Notes: generated by a model not told the origin, from the sequence alone. A stretch of 64,000 bases of DNA from Polyangiaceae bacterium (GCA_044376115.1 JBILLK010000024.1:96001-160000); one strand, 5' to 3'. Positions 1 to 11,403 are shown, counted from the first letter of the stretch. Made by a program: numbers and translations.

Positions 1-374
1 TTGATACCGCCGAGGATGGCGACCTCGTCATCCACGAGCAAAAGCTTGCGATGGTTGCGCCCAAACTTACCGAGGAACAAGGCCAGTAGGCGATGGTGCA
101 CCGACGCCGTGCAGCCCATCTTGCGCAGCGTTGCTACGAGCGAAAGGCCAAAGCGAGCCGAGCCCCAGCCGTCCACCGAGACCTCCACCTTCACCCCGCG
201 CGCAGCGGCAGCCCCGAGCGCCGCGAGAAATAGCTGGCCCACGCCCACGGAGGAGAACGCGTACACCTCGAGGTGCACGCGGCTGCGCGCCAACGCAATG
301 GCGCGTAACATACGTGGGTAGGTCTTGGCGCCGCCGTCGAGCAAAACCACCGTTTCGCTCGGCGATTGCTTCAC
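1..374 (-). CDS. Phospholipase D family protein, cardiolipin synthase ClsB-like (3' part outside window)
   Basis: Not in the ORF track; translated by hand from GTG at 374: ...VVLLDGGAKTYPRMLRAIALARSRVHLEVYAF...RGVKVEVSVDGWGS...RNHRKLLLVDDEVAILGGI (HxKxxxxD motif). The start overlaps the pirin stop (GTGA). Confidence 0.85.
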   Translation of the reverse strand, partial: MKQSPSETVVLLDGGAKTYPRMLRAIALARSRVHLEVYAFSSVGVGQLFLAALGAAAARGVKVEVSVDGWGSARFGLSLVATLRKMGCTASVHHRLLALFLGKFGRNHRKLLLVDDEVAILGGI

Positions 375-1084
375 TCAGCGACCAATTGAGGGACGTCCAC
401 GAGCACGGCCTCCGCCGAGCTCAAAGCGGTAATGGATAACGAACGTTCCCCAAGCATGCCGAGGCCATCGCCTGCCGACAGTACGTAGCCAGCGACTGAC
501 ACTTGGCCCGCAACGAGCTGCAACCAAACCGTGCGCTCCGGCGCCAGCTCGTGAATCACATGCTGACCGGCATCGAGCAGCGTTGAAAACACCAGCGCTG
601 AATGCTGAATTCGTAAGGACTCTTGACGACCGTCCGGCGACGCCACCGGACACAACCGACCTCGACGCGATGAAACGCCCACCAGGCACTGCTGGGCTCC
701 GGGCTTGAGCACGACTTTGGAGTGGTTCAGCCCGATGCGAAGAATATGAGCGTCCTCTTTCTCCGAGGCGTTCGTTCGAACGAGGCGCTCTCCGGGCCTA
801 GTTACGCGCCGTTGCCACTCCCCGCCAGAAAGCAGGCCTGCTCCGCCATGCGAATCACGGTAGGAGAGTGCGCCCTCGCGTACATAGGTAATGACCTCCG
901 TGGCCTCCTCGTTACCGACCATGAGGTCCTCTCCGGGAGGGAGCTTGACCTCCTCGAGGAAGGTCACACAGCCGACGCTAATCGGCTCCGCAGACATCTT
1001 GGGCTGCGGCAAGCTTCGCCACAGACGCTGCTTGCGCCTTGTCTCACAGCTACGCTCCGCCGAACGAAGCAGCGTGGTTACCAC
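371..1084 (-). CDS. Pirin-like bicupin (YhhW/YhaK-like), metal ligands absent
   Basis: EVITYVREGALSYRDSHG, VASPDGRQESLRI, RTVWLQLVAGQVSV and LSAGDGL match the pirin/YhhW pattern. Start placed at GTG 1084 (uncertain). Confidence 0.75.
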   Translation of the reverse strand: MVTTLLRSAERSCETRRKQRLWRSLPQPKMSAEPISVGCVTFLEEVKLPPGEDLMVGNEEATEVITYVREGALSYRDSHGGAGLLSGGEWQRRVTRPGERLVRTNASEKEDAHILRIGLNHSKVVLKPGAQQCLVGVSSRRGRLCPVASPDGRQESLRIQHSALVFSTLLDAGQHVIHELAPERTVWLQLVAGQVSVAGYVLSAGDGLGMLGERSLSITALSSAEAVLVDVPQLVAE

Positions 1085-1100
1085 GGGACGAGGTGCGAGT

Positions 1101-1274
1101 TCACATCGCACCGAACCAACGGGTAGCGGCCATAATCATCAGCGAACGCGTTTGTCGTTCGAGGAGCTTCTCCGCTTCAACCACCTGCGGCTCGGGCGGA
1201 GCCTTCTCGCTTGGATCGACGAGGGGAGCGCCGTCCCGCGCACTCGCGTGCGGGTCCGCGCTGGGCTCACTCAT
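1101..1274 (-). CDS. Small hypothetical protein (57 aa)
   Basis: Hand translation [57 protein letters not shown]. The ATG overlaps the groEL end, and the ORF fills the groEL-pirin gap. Confidence 0.5.
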   Translation of the reverse strand: MSEPSADPHASARDGAPLVDPSEKAPPEPQVVEAEKLLERQTRSLMIMAATRWFGAM

Positions 1275-2868
1275 AAGCGCTCGCCCCCCCTTCCGGAGCC
1301 ACCACGAGCGAGGTGATCATGGCCTGCGTGGTAAGCATCAACGCGGTCACCGAAGCTGCGTTCTCGAGCGCCACACGCACGACCTTGGTTGGGTCAATCA
1401 CCCCAGCAGCGATCAAGTCTTGATATTGCTCGGTTGCTACGTTGTAGCCCAAAGCACCATTTCGCACCTTGTCGACCACCACCGCGCCGGAGACGCCGCC
1501 GTTCTCGGCGAGCTGACGTAGCGGCTCCTCGAGCGCTCGCATCACCAGGTTTACCCCGTATTGTTGCTCGCCTGGTAATCGCAATAGCGCGAGCGCTGGC
1601 AAGGTACGCAAGAGCGCCACACCCCCGCCCGAAACCACGCCTTCAGCGATCGCTGCGCGCACGGCGTGAAGCGCATCCTCCACGCGAAACTTCTTCTCCT
1701 TGAGTTCGGTCTCGGTGAAAGCGCCTATCGAGAGCACGGCCACGCTTCCACGCAACTTTGCCAGCCGTGTCTCGAGCTTCTCCTTATCGTACTTGGAAGC
1801 TTCCTCCGTGAGCTGGTGGCTGAGCTGCTTGATACGCCCCGCCAGCTCGAGCGCACTACCACCAGCTTCGACGATGGTCGTGTGGTCCTTATCGATCCGC
1901 ACGCTCTTCGCGCTCCCCAATTGGGTTAGGGCCACGTTTTCGAGGGAGGTCCCCAGCTCGTCAAAGAGCGCCTGCCCGCCGCACAAAACCGCGAGATCTT
2001 CGAGCAACAGCCGCTGCTGTTCGCCGTACCCTGGAGTCTTAACGGCACACACCTTGAGTGTTCCGCGCAGCTTATTGACCAGCAACGCCGCCAGCGCCTC
2101 CCCTTCGATGTCATCCGCCATCACCAGCAATGGCCTGTTTGCGGCCATCACCAGTTCGAGCAAAGGCATCAGCTCCGCGAGCTGCGAGAGCTTACGACCA
2201 CAAAACAAGATCAGCGGATTGTCGAGTACGACCTCGAGCCGCGCTTGATCGGTAATGAAGTAGGGAGACAAGTAGCCGCGGTCGAGCTGCACGCCCTCCA
2301 CAATCGTTAGCGTCGTCGTCACCGACTGCGCCTCCTCGACCAAAATGACGCCAGTGTTCCCGACCTTCTCCATGGCATCGGCGATCAGGTTGCCTATCGT
2401 ACTGTCGCCGTTGGCGCTGATCGTGGCGATGCGAGCGATGTCGCTTTTGCCCTTGATCGGCTGGGAAGCGCTTCCGAGCTCACGCACCACGCACTGCACC
2501 GCGGCTTCGATGCCTCGCTTGAGGTCCATCGGATTGATGCCAGCACTGACCAATTTGACGCCCTCACGAAACAGCGCCTGCGCGAGCACGGTAGCCGTAG
2601 TCGTGCCATCACCAGCGATCTCAGCCGTCTTCGCAGCAACCTCCTTCACCATCTGCGCGCCAAGGTTGGCCGCTCGATCCGCGAGCTCAATCGGAGCCGC
2701 GACCGAGGCCCCGTCTTTGGTAACCGTGGGAGGTCCGTACGGAGCCTCCAGCAGCACGTTGCGGCCCTTGGGTCCGAGGGTGACCTTTACTGCGTCGGCT
2801 AGACTGTCCAGGCCCCACAAGAGCTCGTTGCGCGCGACGCTGTCATAGAGAATGCCCTTAGCCCCCAT
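1267..2868 (-). CDS. groL: Chaperonin GroEL paralog (Cpn60)
   Basis: [65 protein letters not shown]. No GGM tail. Confidence 0.97.
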   Translation of the reverse strand: MGAKGILYDSVARNELLWGLDSLADAVKVTLGPKGRNVLLEAPYGPPTVTKDGASVAAPIELADRAANLGAQMVKEVAAKTAEIAGDGTTTATVLAQALFREGVKLVSAGINPMDLKRGIEAAVQCVVRELGSASQPIKGKSDIARIATISANGDSTIGNLIADAMEKVGNTGVILVEEAQSVTTTLTIVEGVQLDRGYLSPYFITDQARLEVVLDNPLILFCGRKLSQLAELMPLLELVMAANRPLLVMADDIEGEALAALLVNKLRGTLKVCAVKTPGYGEQQRLLLEDLAVLCGGQALFDELGTSLENVALTQLGSAKSVRIDKDHTTIVEAGGSALELAGRIKQLSHQLTEEASKYDKEKLETRLAKLRGSVAVLSIGAFTETELKEKKFRVEDALHAVRAAIAEGVVSGGGVALLRTLPALALLRLPGEQQYGVNLVMRALEEPLRQLAENGGVSGAVVVDKVRNGALGYNVATEQYQDLIAAGVIDPTKVVRVALENAASVTALMLTTQAMITSLVVAPEGGASAYE

Positions 2869-3043
2869 GGACAACCTGCTTGCTCGTAGCGGCGGGAAGC
2901 CGGGTGCGCCAGATCAGGTGATTGACCGCACTGGTGGTTAGCCGCAATTGCTCCACCGGGTCATCAGTAAGAGTACGGGCATTGTCGAATAGGGTGACCA
3001 CCAGTTCCCCAAGGTCAGTACTGCGCACAGCTTGCTCGTTCAT
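2858..3043 (-). CDS. Small hypothetical protein (61 aa), first gene of the sigma54 operon
   Basis: [46 protein letters not shown]..., looks helical. Lies directly after the -24/-12 promoter and overlaps the groEL start by 11 nt. Confidence 0.65.
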   Translation of the reverse strand: MNEQAVRSTDLGELVVTLFDNARTLTDDPVEQLRLTTSAVNHLIWRTRLPAATSKQVVHGG

Positions 3044-3055
3044 TGAACATTACGT

Positions 3056-3072
3056 CGCAACATCCGAGCCAA
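3056..3072 (-). promoter_or_regulatory. sigma54 (-24/-12) promoter
   Basis: Minus strand TTGGCTCGGATGTTGCG versus consensus YTGGCACGRNNNTTGCW, with exact GG-N10-GC spacing; next to a divergent bEBP gene. Confidence 0.8.
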
Positions 3073-3162
3073 GCCCGGCCTCGGTCGATTGTCGGTTATG
3101 TACCGCTTTGTTCCATCACGATGAAGTAGGGTCCCCCTTTCAAACCGACTGAGGGGTGGCCC

Positions 3163-4827
3163 ATGCGAGCCGATGAATTGGACCACGGAGAGCTGCTCGA
3201 GCTCGACTCGGACGCTGGATCGATAAAGTTTGCGGGCCAGCGAGCGATCATCGTCGACGCCGTTTCGATGGGGCTATTGCGCAAATATCTATTTGAGAAC
3301 TTTGGCGCCACGGCCGCGCGTACGGTGCTCACCCAGTTCGGCTTCTCGCAAGGGTGGCGGATGGCCGACGCGATGAAGGCGCAGTTTCATTGGAATTCGG
3401 AGGATGAATGGCGGTTTGCGAGCATGCGCCTCCACACCCTCGAGGGGCTCTTTCGTCTCGAGGTCGGAGGGACCCATCCGAGCTCGGAGAAGGGCGCGAT
3501 GCTGATTGGCTCTTACGAGGCTGAGCAACACTTATTGCACTTTGGCCGTTCAGAGACCCCCGTGTGCTGGACCATTACAGGATTGATAAGTGGGTATCTC
3601 AGCTTCGTCTCAGGCAAAGAGGTCTTCGCCTTGGAAGGTCGCTGCGCCGGGCGCGGGGATGCGGCTTGCCACATTATGGCCCGCTCACGAGAAGAATGGG
3701 GGCGCGAACGCGGGGAGGAGCTGCAGTTCTTTGAGCCTAAACGGCTCAAAGAATCCTTGGAAGTCTCGCTTCAACGGGTGATCGAGTCGTTGAAAGTCGC
3801 CGAGCGCAAGCTGCTCTCGCACAAGCGGGTCTTGGTGCGGCTGACGGATGGCGTTGAAGAGCCGCTAGGCATCGTGGCCGAGAGCTCGCTCATGCGCCAA
3901 TTACTGGATATTGCGCAACGTGTCGCCAAGGTGGACTCCACGGTGCTGATCACAGGGGAGAGCGGCTCTGGCAAGGAGCGGATCGCCCGCTTGGTGCACG
4001 ACGAATCAACCCGCGCGGCGGGCCCCTTCATCGCGGTCAATTGTGGCGCGATCAGTGAGACGCTGCTCGAGAGTGAACTCTTCGGTCATGCGCGCGGAGC
4101 CTTCACTGGCGCAACCCAAGATCGGCCCGGCCTGTTCGAGGCCGCCAATGGCGGAACGCTACTGCTCGACGAGGTTGGGGAGGTCTCACCGGGTATGCAG
4201 GTAAAGCTGCTGCGCGTGTTGCAAGAGCGAGAAGTGCGGCGCGTAGGCGAGAACAAGAGTCGGCGTATCGACGTCCGCGTGCTCGCAGCTACCAATCGCG
4301 AGCTAGCCCACGGCGTCGCTGGCGGCAGCTTCCGCCAAGACCTCTATTATCGACTCAAGGTCGTAGAGCTGCACGTCCCCTCTTTGCGTGAACGTCGAGA
4401 GGATCTACTTCCGCTAGCGCGCATCCTGTTGGCAGAGGCCGCCGTGCGCATGCGACGCAACATCGCCGGCCTCACGCCAGAGGCGGCCGATCAGCTGCTG
4501 CGCTACGTCTGGCCCGGCAACGTCCGCGAGCTCGAAAACGCAATGGAGCGTGCGGTGGCGTTAGCGCGTGGTACGCGGGTAGAGCTCGAGGACTTGCCCG
4601 AGGAGGTGCGCGAGGTAAAAACAAAGCCCGAGATCACCTTGGGCAGCGTCAGGCCGCTCTCTGACGTAGAGAAGGAATACATCCTAGCGGCGCTACAGGT
4701 CAATCTGGGCAACCAGACCCGCACCGCCGAACAATTGCAGATCGGCTCGGCGACGCTCTATCGCAAGTTGAAGGGCTGGGGCGTATTGAGCAAACAACAG
4801 TCCTCGACCAACAAGGCCGAGGACTGA
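3163..4827 (+). CDS. sigma54-dependent activator, XylR/DmpR type (XylR_N + V4R + AAA+ + Fis HTH)
   Basis: V4R Cys pattern PVCW...[12 protein letters not shown]; Walker [32 protein letters not shown]-terminal [20 protein letters not shown]. Confidence 0.95.
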   Translation: MRADELDHGELLELDSDAGSIKFAGQRAIIVDAVSMGLLRKYLFENFGATAARTVLTQFGFSQGWRMADAMKAQFHWNSEDEWRFASMRLHTLEGLFRLEVGGTHPSSEKGAMLIGSYEAEQHLLHFGRSETPVCWTITGLISGYLSFVSGKEVFALEGRCAGRGDAACHIMARSREEWGRERGEELQFFEPKRLKESLEVSLQRVIESLKVAERKLLSHKRVLVRLTDGVEEPLGIVAESSLMRQLLDIAQRVAKVDSTVLITGESGSGKERIARLVHDESTRAAGPFIAVNCGAISETLLESELFGHARGAFTGATQDRPGLFEAANGGTLLLDEVGEVSPGMQVKLLRVLQEREVRRVGENKSRRIDVRVLAATNRELAHGVAGGSFRQDLYYRLKVVELHVPSLRERREDLLPLARILLAEAAVRMRRNIAGLTPEAADQLLRYVWPGNVRELENAMERAVALARGTRVELEDLPEEVREVKTKPEITLGSVRPLSDVEKEYILAALQVNLGNQTRTAEQLQIGSATLYRKLKGWGVLSKQQSSTNKAED

Positions 4828-4836
4828 ACGTCAGAG

Positions 4837-5112
4837 CTAGTTATCTATCGACGCCGGCGGGACCAACTTGGTCCAGCAATGCCCGCACACGGAAGCTGCG
4901 CGCATACCAAAGTAGGAGCAATTGGGGCATTGGCGCAGCTCCGGCTCCGGACCGAGCGCAAGCTGCGTTACTAGGCTAGAGAATGAGGCCTGAAGCGACT
5001 TGGTAAGAACCGCGTCGCTGGGCAGCTCGTGCAGGGCCTTCTCAATGGAGCTTACCGTCGCGCGGAGCCGCGAGCGCTCCGGATCGGGACCGAAAAACAG
5101 TCGTGTAGACAT
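4837..5112 (-). CDS. Small hypothetical protein with C-terminal double-CxxC zinc ribbon (91 aa)
   Basis: From ATG 5112: MSTRLFFGPDPERSRLR...LALGPEPELRQCPNCSYFGMRAASVCGHCWTKL. Confidence 0.7.
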   Translation of the reverse strand: MSTRLFFGPDPERSRLRATVSSIEKALHELPSDAVLTKSLQASFSSLVTQLALGPEPELRQCPNCSYFGMRAASVCGHCWTKLVPPASIDN

Positions 5113-5268
5113 GGCTGTGCCTTGGCGGAGGAAAACCCCGCCAGCTCTCCGCCGAGGTCCAATGGTTGGTCGCGTTGCGATGAGGCTCTGCGCGACCAAA
5201 GAGACCCTAGCACGCCCCTCCAACTTGCGTTCGTTTAACGACGGCTGAGCGACAAACCGCGGCTCCAC

Positions 5269-5303
5269 AAACGAAAAGAGGCCGCTCTCTCGAGCAGCCT
5301 CTC
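5269..5303 (-). terminator. Intrinsic terminator of the OmpA-family gene
   Basis: Minus strand AGAGGCTGCTC-GAGA-GAGCGGCCTCT stem with GNRA loop, followed by TTTCGTTT. Confidence 0.8.
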
Positions 5304-5324
5304 TCCTTAGCCCATTAGCGTGGA

Positions 5325-7163
5325 CTACTTGGTTTGGACGGTGGCTCCGCTGGCCTTCTTCTCGGTCACGATGAACTGCACGCGGCGGTTCTTCTGACGA
5401 CCCTCATCCGTCTTGTTGTCGGCGACCGGCTTGTCCATGCCGTAGCCCTTGGAGGTGAGCCGTGCGGCGTCGATACCGCGCTTGATGAGAGCGTCCTTGA
5501 CCGACTTGGCGCGGTCACCGGAGAGCTTGTCATTCATCGCCTTGGCGCCCTTGTTATCCGTGTGGCCCTGAACCTCGAGCCGCAAGATTTCCGGGTGCTC
5601 CTTGAGGACCTGAGCCACCGAATCGAGCAGCGGGTTGGAGACCGAGCGAATCGTCGCCTTGCCGGTGTCGAACTGCACCTGCTCGAGGATCACGATCTCT
5701 TGGTCGGTCACGCGAACGAGCTTGGGGCAACCGTTCTTGGAGGCGTCGGCGTCGGGCTCGCCCTTCTCGCGCGGGCAAGCGTCCTTGTCGTCACGAATGC
5801 CGTCGCCGTCGGTGTCACCGGGGCAGCCGTTGGTGGCCTTGTCGTCGGTCTTGAGGCCGGGGATCTCGACGCAGGCGTCGTCGCCGTCGAGCACGCCGTC
5901 GCCGTCCTTGTCGGCCGGGGGCGGGCAACCGTGCTTGGTCTTGTCCTCGTTGGGGATGCCAGCCACGTCGGGGCAAGCATCGTCGTCGTCGAGGATGGTG
6001 TCACCGTCGCGATCCTTCGGCGGCGGGCAACCGTTCTTGGTCTTGTCTTCATTGCGCGGGCCAGGAACCGTCGGGCAGGCGTCTTCCTTGTCGAGGATGC
6101 CGTCCTTGTCGGTGTCGCCTTCGGCCGGGCAGCCGTGCTTCGCCGGATCGTCGCTCTTGACGCCGGGCACCTTCACGCAAGCGTCCACGTCGTCGTAGAT
6201 CGTGTCGCCGTCGGTGTCGGCCTTGGGCTCTTCAATCACCGGGGTGTAGGCGAACTGGAAGACGCCGCGGAAGGCCGGGGTACCGATGCCGGTGGTGAGA
6301 CCGGGACCAGCCGCGAGCCCGAGCTCGAGGAACTCCACCGACGGAATACGGAGCTTCGCGCCAGCGAGCAATTCTGCGTTGGTGGTGCGACCGTCGGGCG
6401 TCTCGATATCTACGCCGCCCGCGGATTCAGCGCCCAGTTGCAGAATGCGGTCTTCGAGCAAGAGCACGCCAACACCGGCGCCCCAGTTCATTTGGTGACC
6501 GAGCGTGACGGTGGAGAGCGAGGTGCTGCTGCGGAAGGTGGGGCCTGCCATCACCGACCAAATGAAGCGATCCGCGCGACCGCCGAGCAAGAGTTGCGGC
6601 TGACCGCGGACCGAGCCGTCGGTCACGTAGCTGGTGTCTGCGCCGGTGGGCAGCCAAACGTAGCCGCCAACGCCGAACTGAAAGGGCTCGTGGTAGTCAC
6701 CGAAGATGCGCACGCGCGCACCGAGCCGCAGATCACCGACGGATGCGCCGCTCGGCTCATCGAAGGCGATGCCGCCGCCGGTCGGAGCTTCACCGGAGCT
6801 GAGCACTGCAAAGGGCATGTCCGCGTTGATCGCGATGCGGTCCACGATGGAGAAGTTGAGCCCGATGTGAACGAACATCTGGTCGGAGACTACGGAGCCG
6901 ATGTCCTCGGTGTCCGTGCCGGTGTCACGCACGAGCACGAGCGGCTCCCGCGCGTAGTCGAGCAAGGCCATCGCGTGGAACGTGGCTTCTCCAGCTGCGT
7001 AAGGCGAGGGCACGCCGAAGAACCGATCGCCGGCGACCGAAGGATTGAACTTCGGCAGATCGACCGCGGGGGTTTCCTGGGCCTCCGCCGCAGCGGCGCA
7101 GAGCAGGGCACAGGCGGCGGCACACAGCCCACCAATTCGCGCAATCCACACACGAGACCTCAT
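5325..7163 (-). CDS. OmpA family outer-membrane protein with thrombospondin type-3 repeats (TraB-like architecture)
   Basis: Signal peptide, barrel-like N-terminal domain, five DxDxD..D.C...GCP repeats, and an OmpA C-terminal domain (VQFDTGKA, GHTD, GYG, NRRVQF). Confidence 0.92.
   Translation of the reverse strand: MRSRVWIARIGGLCAAACALLCAAAAEAQETPAVDLPKFNPSVAGDRFFGVPSPYAAGEATFHAMALLDYAREPLVLVRDTGTDTEDIGSVVSDQMFVHIGLNFSIVDRIAINADMPFAVLSSGEAPTGGGIAFDEPSGASVGDLRLGARVRIFGDYHEPFQFGVGGYVWLPTGADTSYVTDGSVRGQPQLLLGGRADRFIWSVMAGPTFRSSTSLSTVTLGHQMNWGAGVGVLLLEDRILQLGAESAGGVDIETPDGRTTNAELLAGAKLRIPSVEFLELGLAAGPGLTTGIGTPAFRGVFQFAYTPVIEEPKADTDGDTIYDDVDACVKVPGVKSDDPAKHGCPAEGDTDKDGILDKEDACPTVPGPRNEDKTKNGCPPPKDRDGDTILDDDDACPDVAGIPNEDKTKHGCPPPADKDGDGVLDGDDACVEIPGLKTDDKATNGCPGDTDGDGIRDDKDACPREKGEPDADASKNGCPKLVRVTDQEIVILEQVQFDTGKATIRSVSNPLLDSVAQVLKEHPEILRLEVQGHTDNKGAKAMNDKLSGDRAKSVKDALIKRGIDAARLTSKGYGMDKPVADNKTDEGRQKNRRVQFIVTEKKASGATVQTK
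5725..6220 (-). repeat. Five TSP3-like Ca-binding repeats inside the OmpA-family CDS
   Basis: DTDGDTIYDDVDAC, DTDKDGILDKEDAC, DRDGDTILDDDDAC, DKDGDGVLDGDDAC, DTDGDGIRDDKDAC; each repeat ends in GCP. Bounds approximate. Confidence 0.8.
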
Positions 7164-7350
7164 AATGACCTCACGAAAAGTTTCAAAAGACGGGGCATCC
7201 TACTTTCAGCCTGGAGCGCAAAACAATTCTGCTGTTTTGCAGCCTCACTCACGGGCTCAATCGAGACCGCGCTGAAGGACGCTGGCTCACGGACCACTCC
7301 GTCCGGCCTGGACAAACGTTGCGTTTCTCTGTTAGACGCGCTGGCTCCGA

Positions 7351-9753
<2,403 letters not shown>

Positions 9754-9776
9754 TCGCGGTCGAGGACACTCCCAGC

Positions 9777-10832
9777 GTGTCCCTTGGCCGAGCTCCAGAC
9801 GAAGTGCAAAAGCTCCTCTCCCACCCCGGAGAGGAGCTTTGTGTGCGTTTGTTGGGCGCGCTCTCGGGCGAGACGCTGCTCGTCGCAGACGGTGCGCGGC
9901 TGCGCGGCTTTTGGAAGCCGAGCCTGCTCGCCGAGCTTGGCGAGCTCGCCGCGCCGGTGGACTTCACGCTCGAGCAGCAGGGGCTTCGCGAGGTCGTACG
10001 CATCACCTCCGTCGACTTACCGGCGGGCCAGCTGGAGGTACCGACGAGCAGCTGGGATCGAGAGAATTTGGCGCAACTCAGCGCGCAGCTCGCCCAAGCG
10101 ATATCCGCCCACGCTGAGCCCGCGCACGCGGTCGAAGCCGAGGCCGCTACGGAGCCCCCAGGCGAAGCGAGTGCAACAGCGCCATCCCTGCCAGGAATCG
10201 TGGGCGCAGAGCCCGAAGCAACCGCGAGCCTCAATAGCGCGCAAGCCGAGCTGCTCACGCTGCTTGCTCGCCGCGTCCAGAACCCCTCCGAGCTGGCCTC
10301 GCTAAGGTCCGTTTTTCTCGGGCTCTTGACCACGCAGCTCGAGTCGAACGACCACGCCAGCGATCAGGCGTTGGTAGTTGAGCTGCGCGCTTTGCATGAA
10401 GGGGCAAACGCAAAGGAGCGTGAGATGCTCGCCGTGGCGATCGAGCTCTGTCGCCGCGAGCAGATCGAAGCCCTGCTCGAGTACCTTGCCCAGAGTCGCG
10501 AGCGCACGTCAGTCCCGCTCCGGCTGGCCTGGGCCCACGCTATGCGGTTCTACGGGGACCCGAGCAAGGTTACTGGCGCTTTTGAACGCGCGCTCGACGT
10601 TGGCGCACCGAACGAACTTTGCCAGCCCTTCATCTCGGCTCCGCCCCGGCAGAAGAAGAAGCGGAAACCGAAGGGCAAGCTCGCGGAGCAACAACAACCT
10701 CGGAGTGACGCGCGCGACCACGAAGTGAGCGAGAACTCCGCCAGAGAAGCGCCGGACTCGTCGGATCGGAACTGGATGCTCCTGCTATTGGTGGCGCTTG
10801 TCGCTGCCGTCATTCATCACTTGAGCTGTTAA
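9777..10832 (+). CDS. Hypothetical protein with C-terminal membrane anchor
   Basis: 351-aa ORF ending WMLLLLVALVAAVIHH; preceded by TTGAAG-N17-GACACT. Confidence 0.6.
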   Translation: MSLGRAPDEVQKLLSHPGEELCVRLLGALSGETLLVADGARLRGFWKPSLLAELGELAAPVDFTLEQQGLREVVRITSVDLPAGQLEVPTSSWDRENLAQLSAQLAQAISAHAEPAHAVEAEAATEPPGEASATAPSLPGIVGAEPEATASLNSAQAELLTLLARRVQNPSELASLRSVFLGLLTTQLESNDHASDQALVVELRALHEGANAKEREMLAVAIELCRREQIEALLEYLAQSRERTSVPLRLAWAHAMRFYGDPSKVTGAFERALDVGAPNELCQPFISAPPRQKKKRKPKGKLAEQQQPRSDARDHEVSENSAREAPDSSDRNWMLLLLVALVAAVIHHLSC

Positions 10833-11325
10833 CCTTGCCGGTACTGAGCAACGGCATCTCGACAATTTCGGCGTCATCCGCGTCAAAATGACTGACGTCG
10901 CTTTCTCGCCCTACGCCGTCGAAGCTGACCACGTTGACCTGCACTCGACCTTGCTCCGCCGCCCGCGCAAATCGGCTCGCAACGAAGGCGGAGACGCCCC
11001 GAGCGATCAACCGGCGGCTCGGCGGAAACAGGCACAAGAGCCCGAGCACGTCCGTCATGACCCCCGGCGTTGCCAGGAGCACGGCGCCCACCAGCACCAA
11101 CGCTCCTGACACCAAGCCGTCCTCCGGCATACGCAGTTCACCGAGCGCCCGCTTCCACTGCGAGAGAACTCGCAGGCCCTCCCGCTTACCCAAGTACCCG
11201 CCAAGTAAGGCCACTGCGATGGTCAGAGCTACCGTGGGCCAAAACCCGAGCACATCACCGATCACCAGCAGCAGCCACAGATCCAAGAGCGGTAAAACGA
11301 TGAATAGCAGCGCCAGGTAGCCCAC
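10810..11325 (-). CDS. fxsA: FxsA family membrane protein
   Basis: LFIVLPLLDLWLLLVIG...GFWPT...EGLRVL...LLATPGVMTDVLGLLCLFPPSRRL. Confidence 0.9.
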   Translation of the reverse strand: MGYLALLFIVLPLLDLWLLLVIGDVLGFWPTVALTIAVALLGGYLGKREGLRVLSQWKRALGELRMPEDGLVSGALVLVGAVLLATPGVMTDVLGLLCLFPPSRRLIARGVSAFVASRFARAAEQGRVQVNVVSFDGVGRESDVSHFDADDAEIVEMPLLSTGKVNSSSDE

Positions 11326-11403
11326 GGGCCGACACCATAACGATGGATTGCGCCACGTAAAGTCACCGCGGGCGAATCAGATTGAAACGTCCGCTGGTTC
11401 GAG

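Noticed and set aside
1..439. Plus-strand ORFs 1..321 and 131..439
   Set aside because: The minus strand carries a clear HKD phospholipase frame.
2858..3162. groES remnant or CIRCE element upstream of groEL
   Set aside because: No GroES motif and no TTAGCACTC-N9-GAGTGCTAA found.
1..5260. Mobile genomic island, because codon usage looks less GC3-biased than in the ompA/tex genes
   Set aside because: No integrase, transposase, tRNA or att repeat; the impression is unquantified and could reflect expression level.
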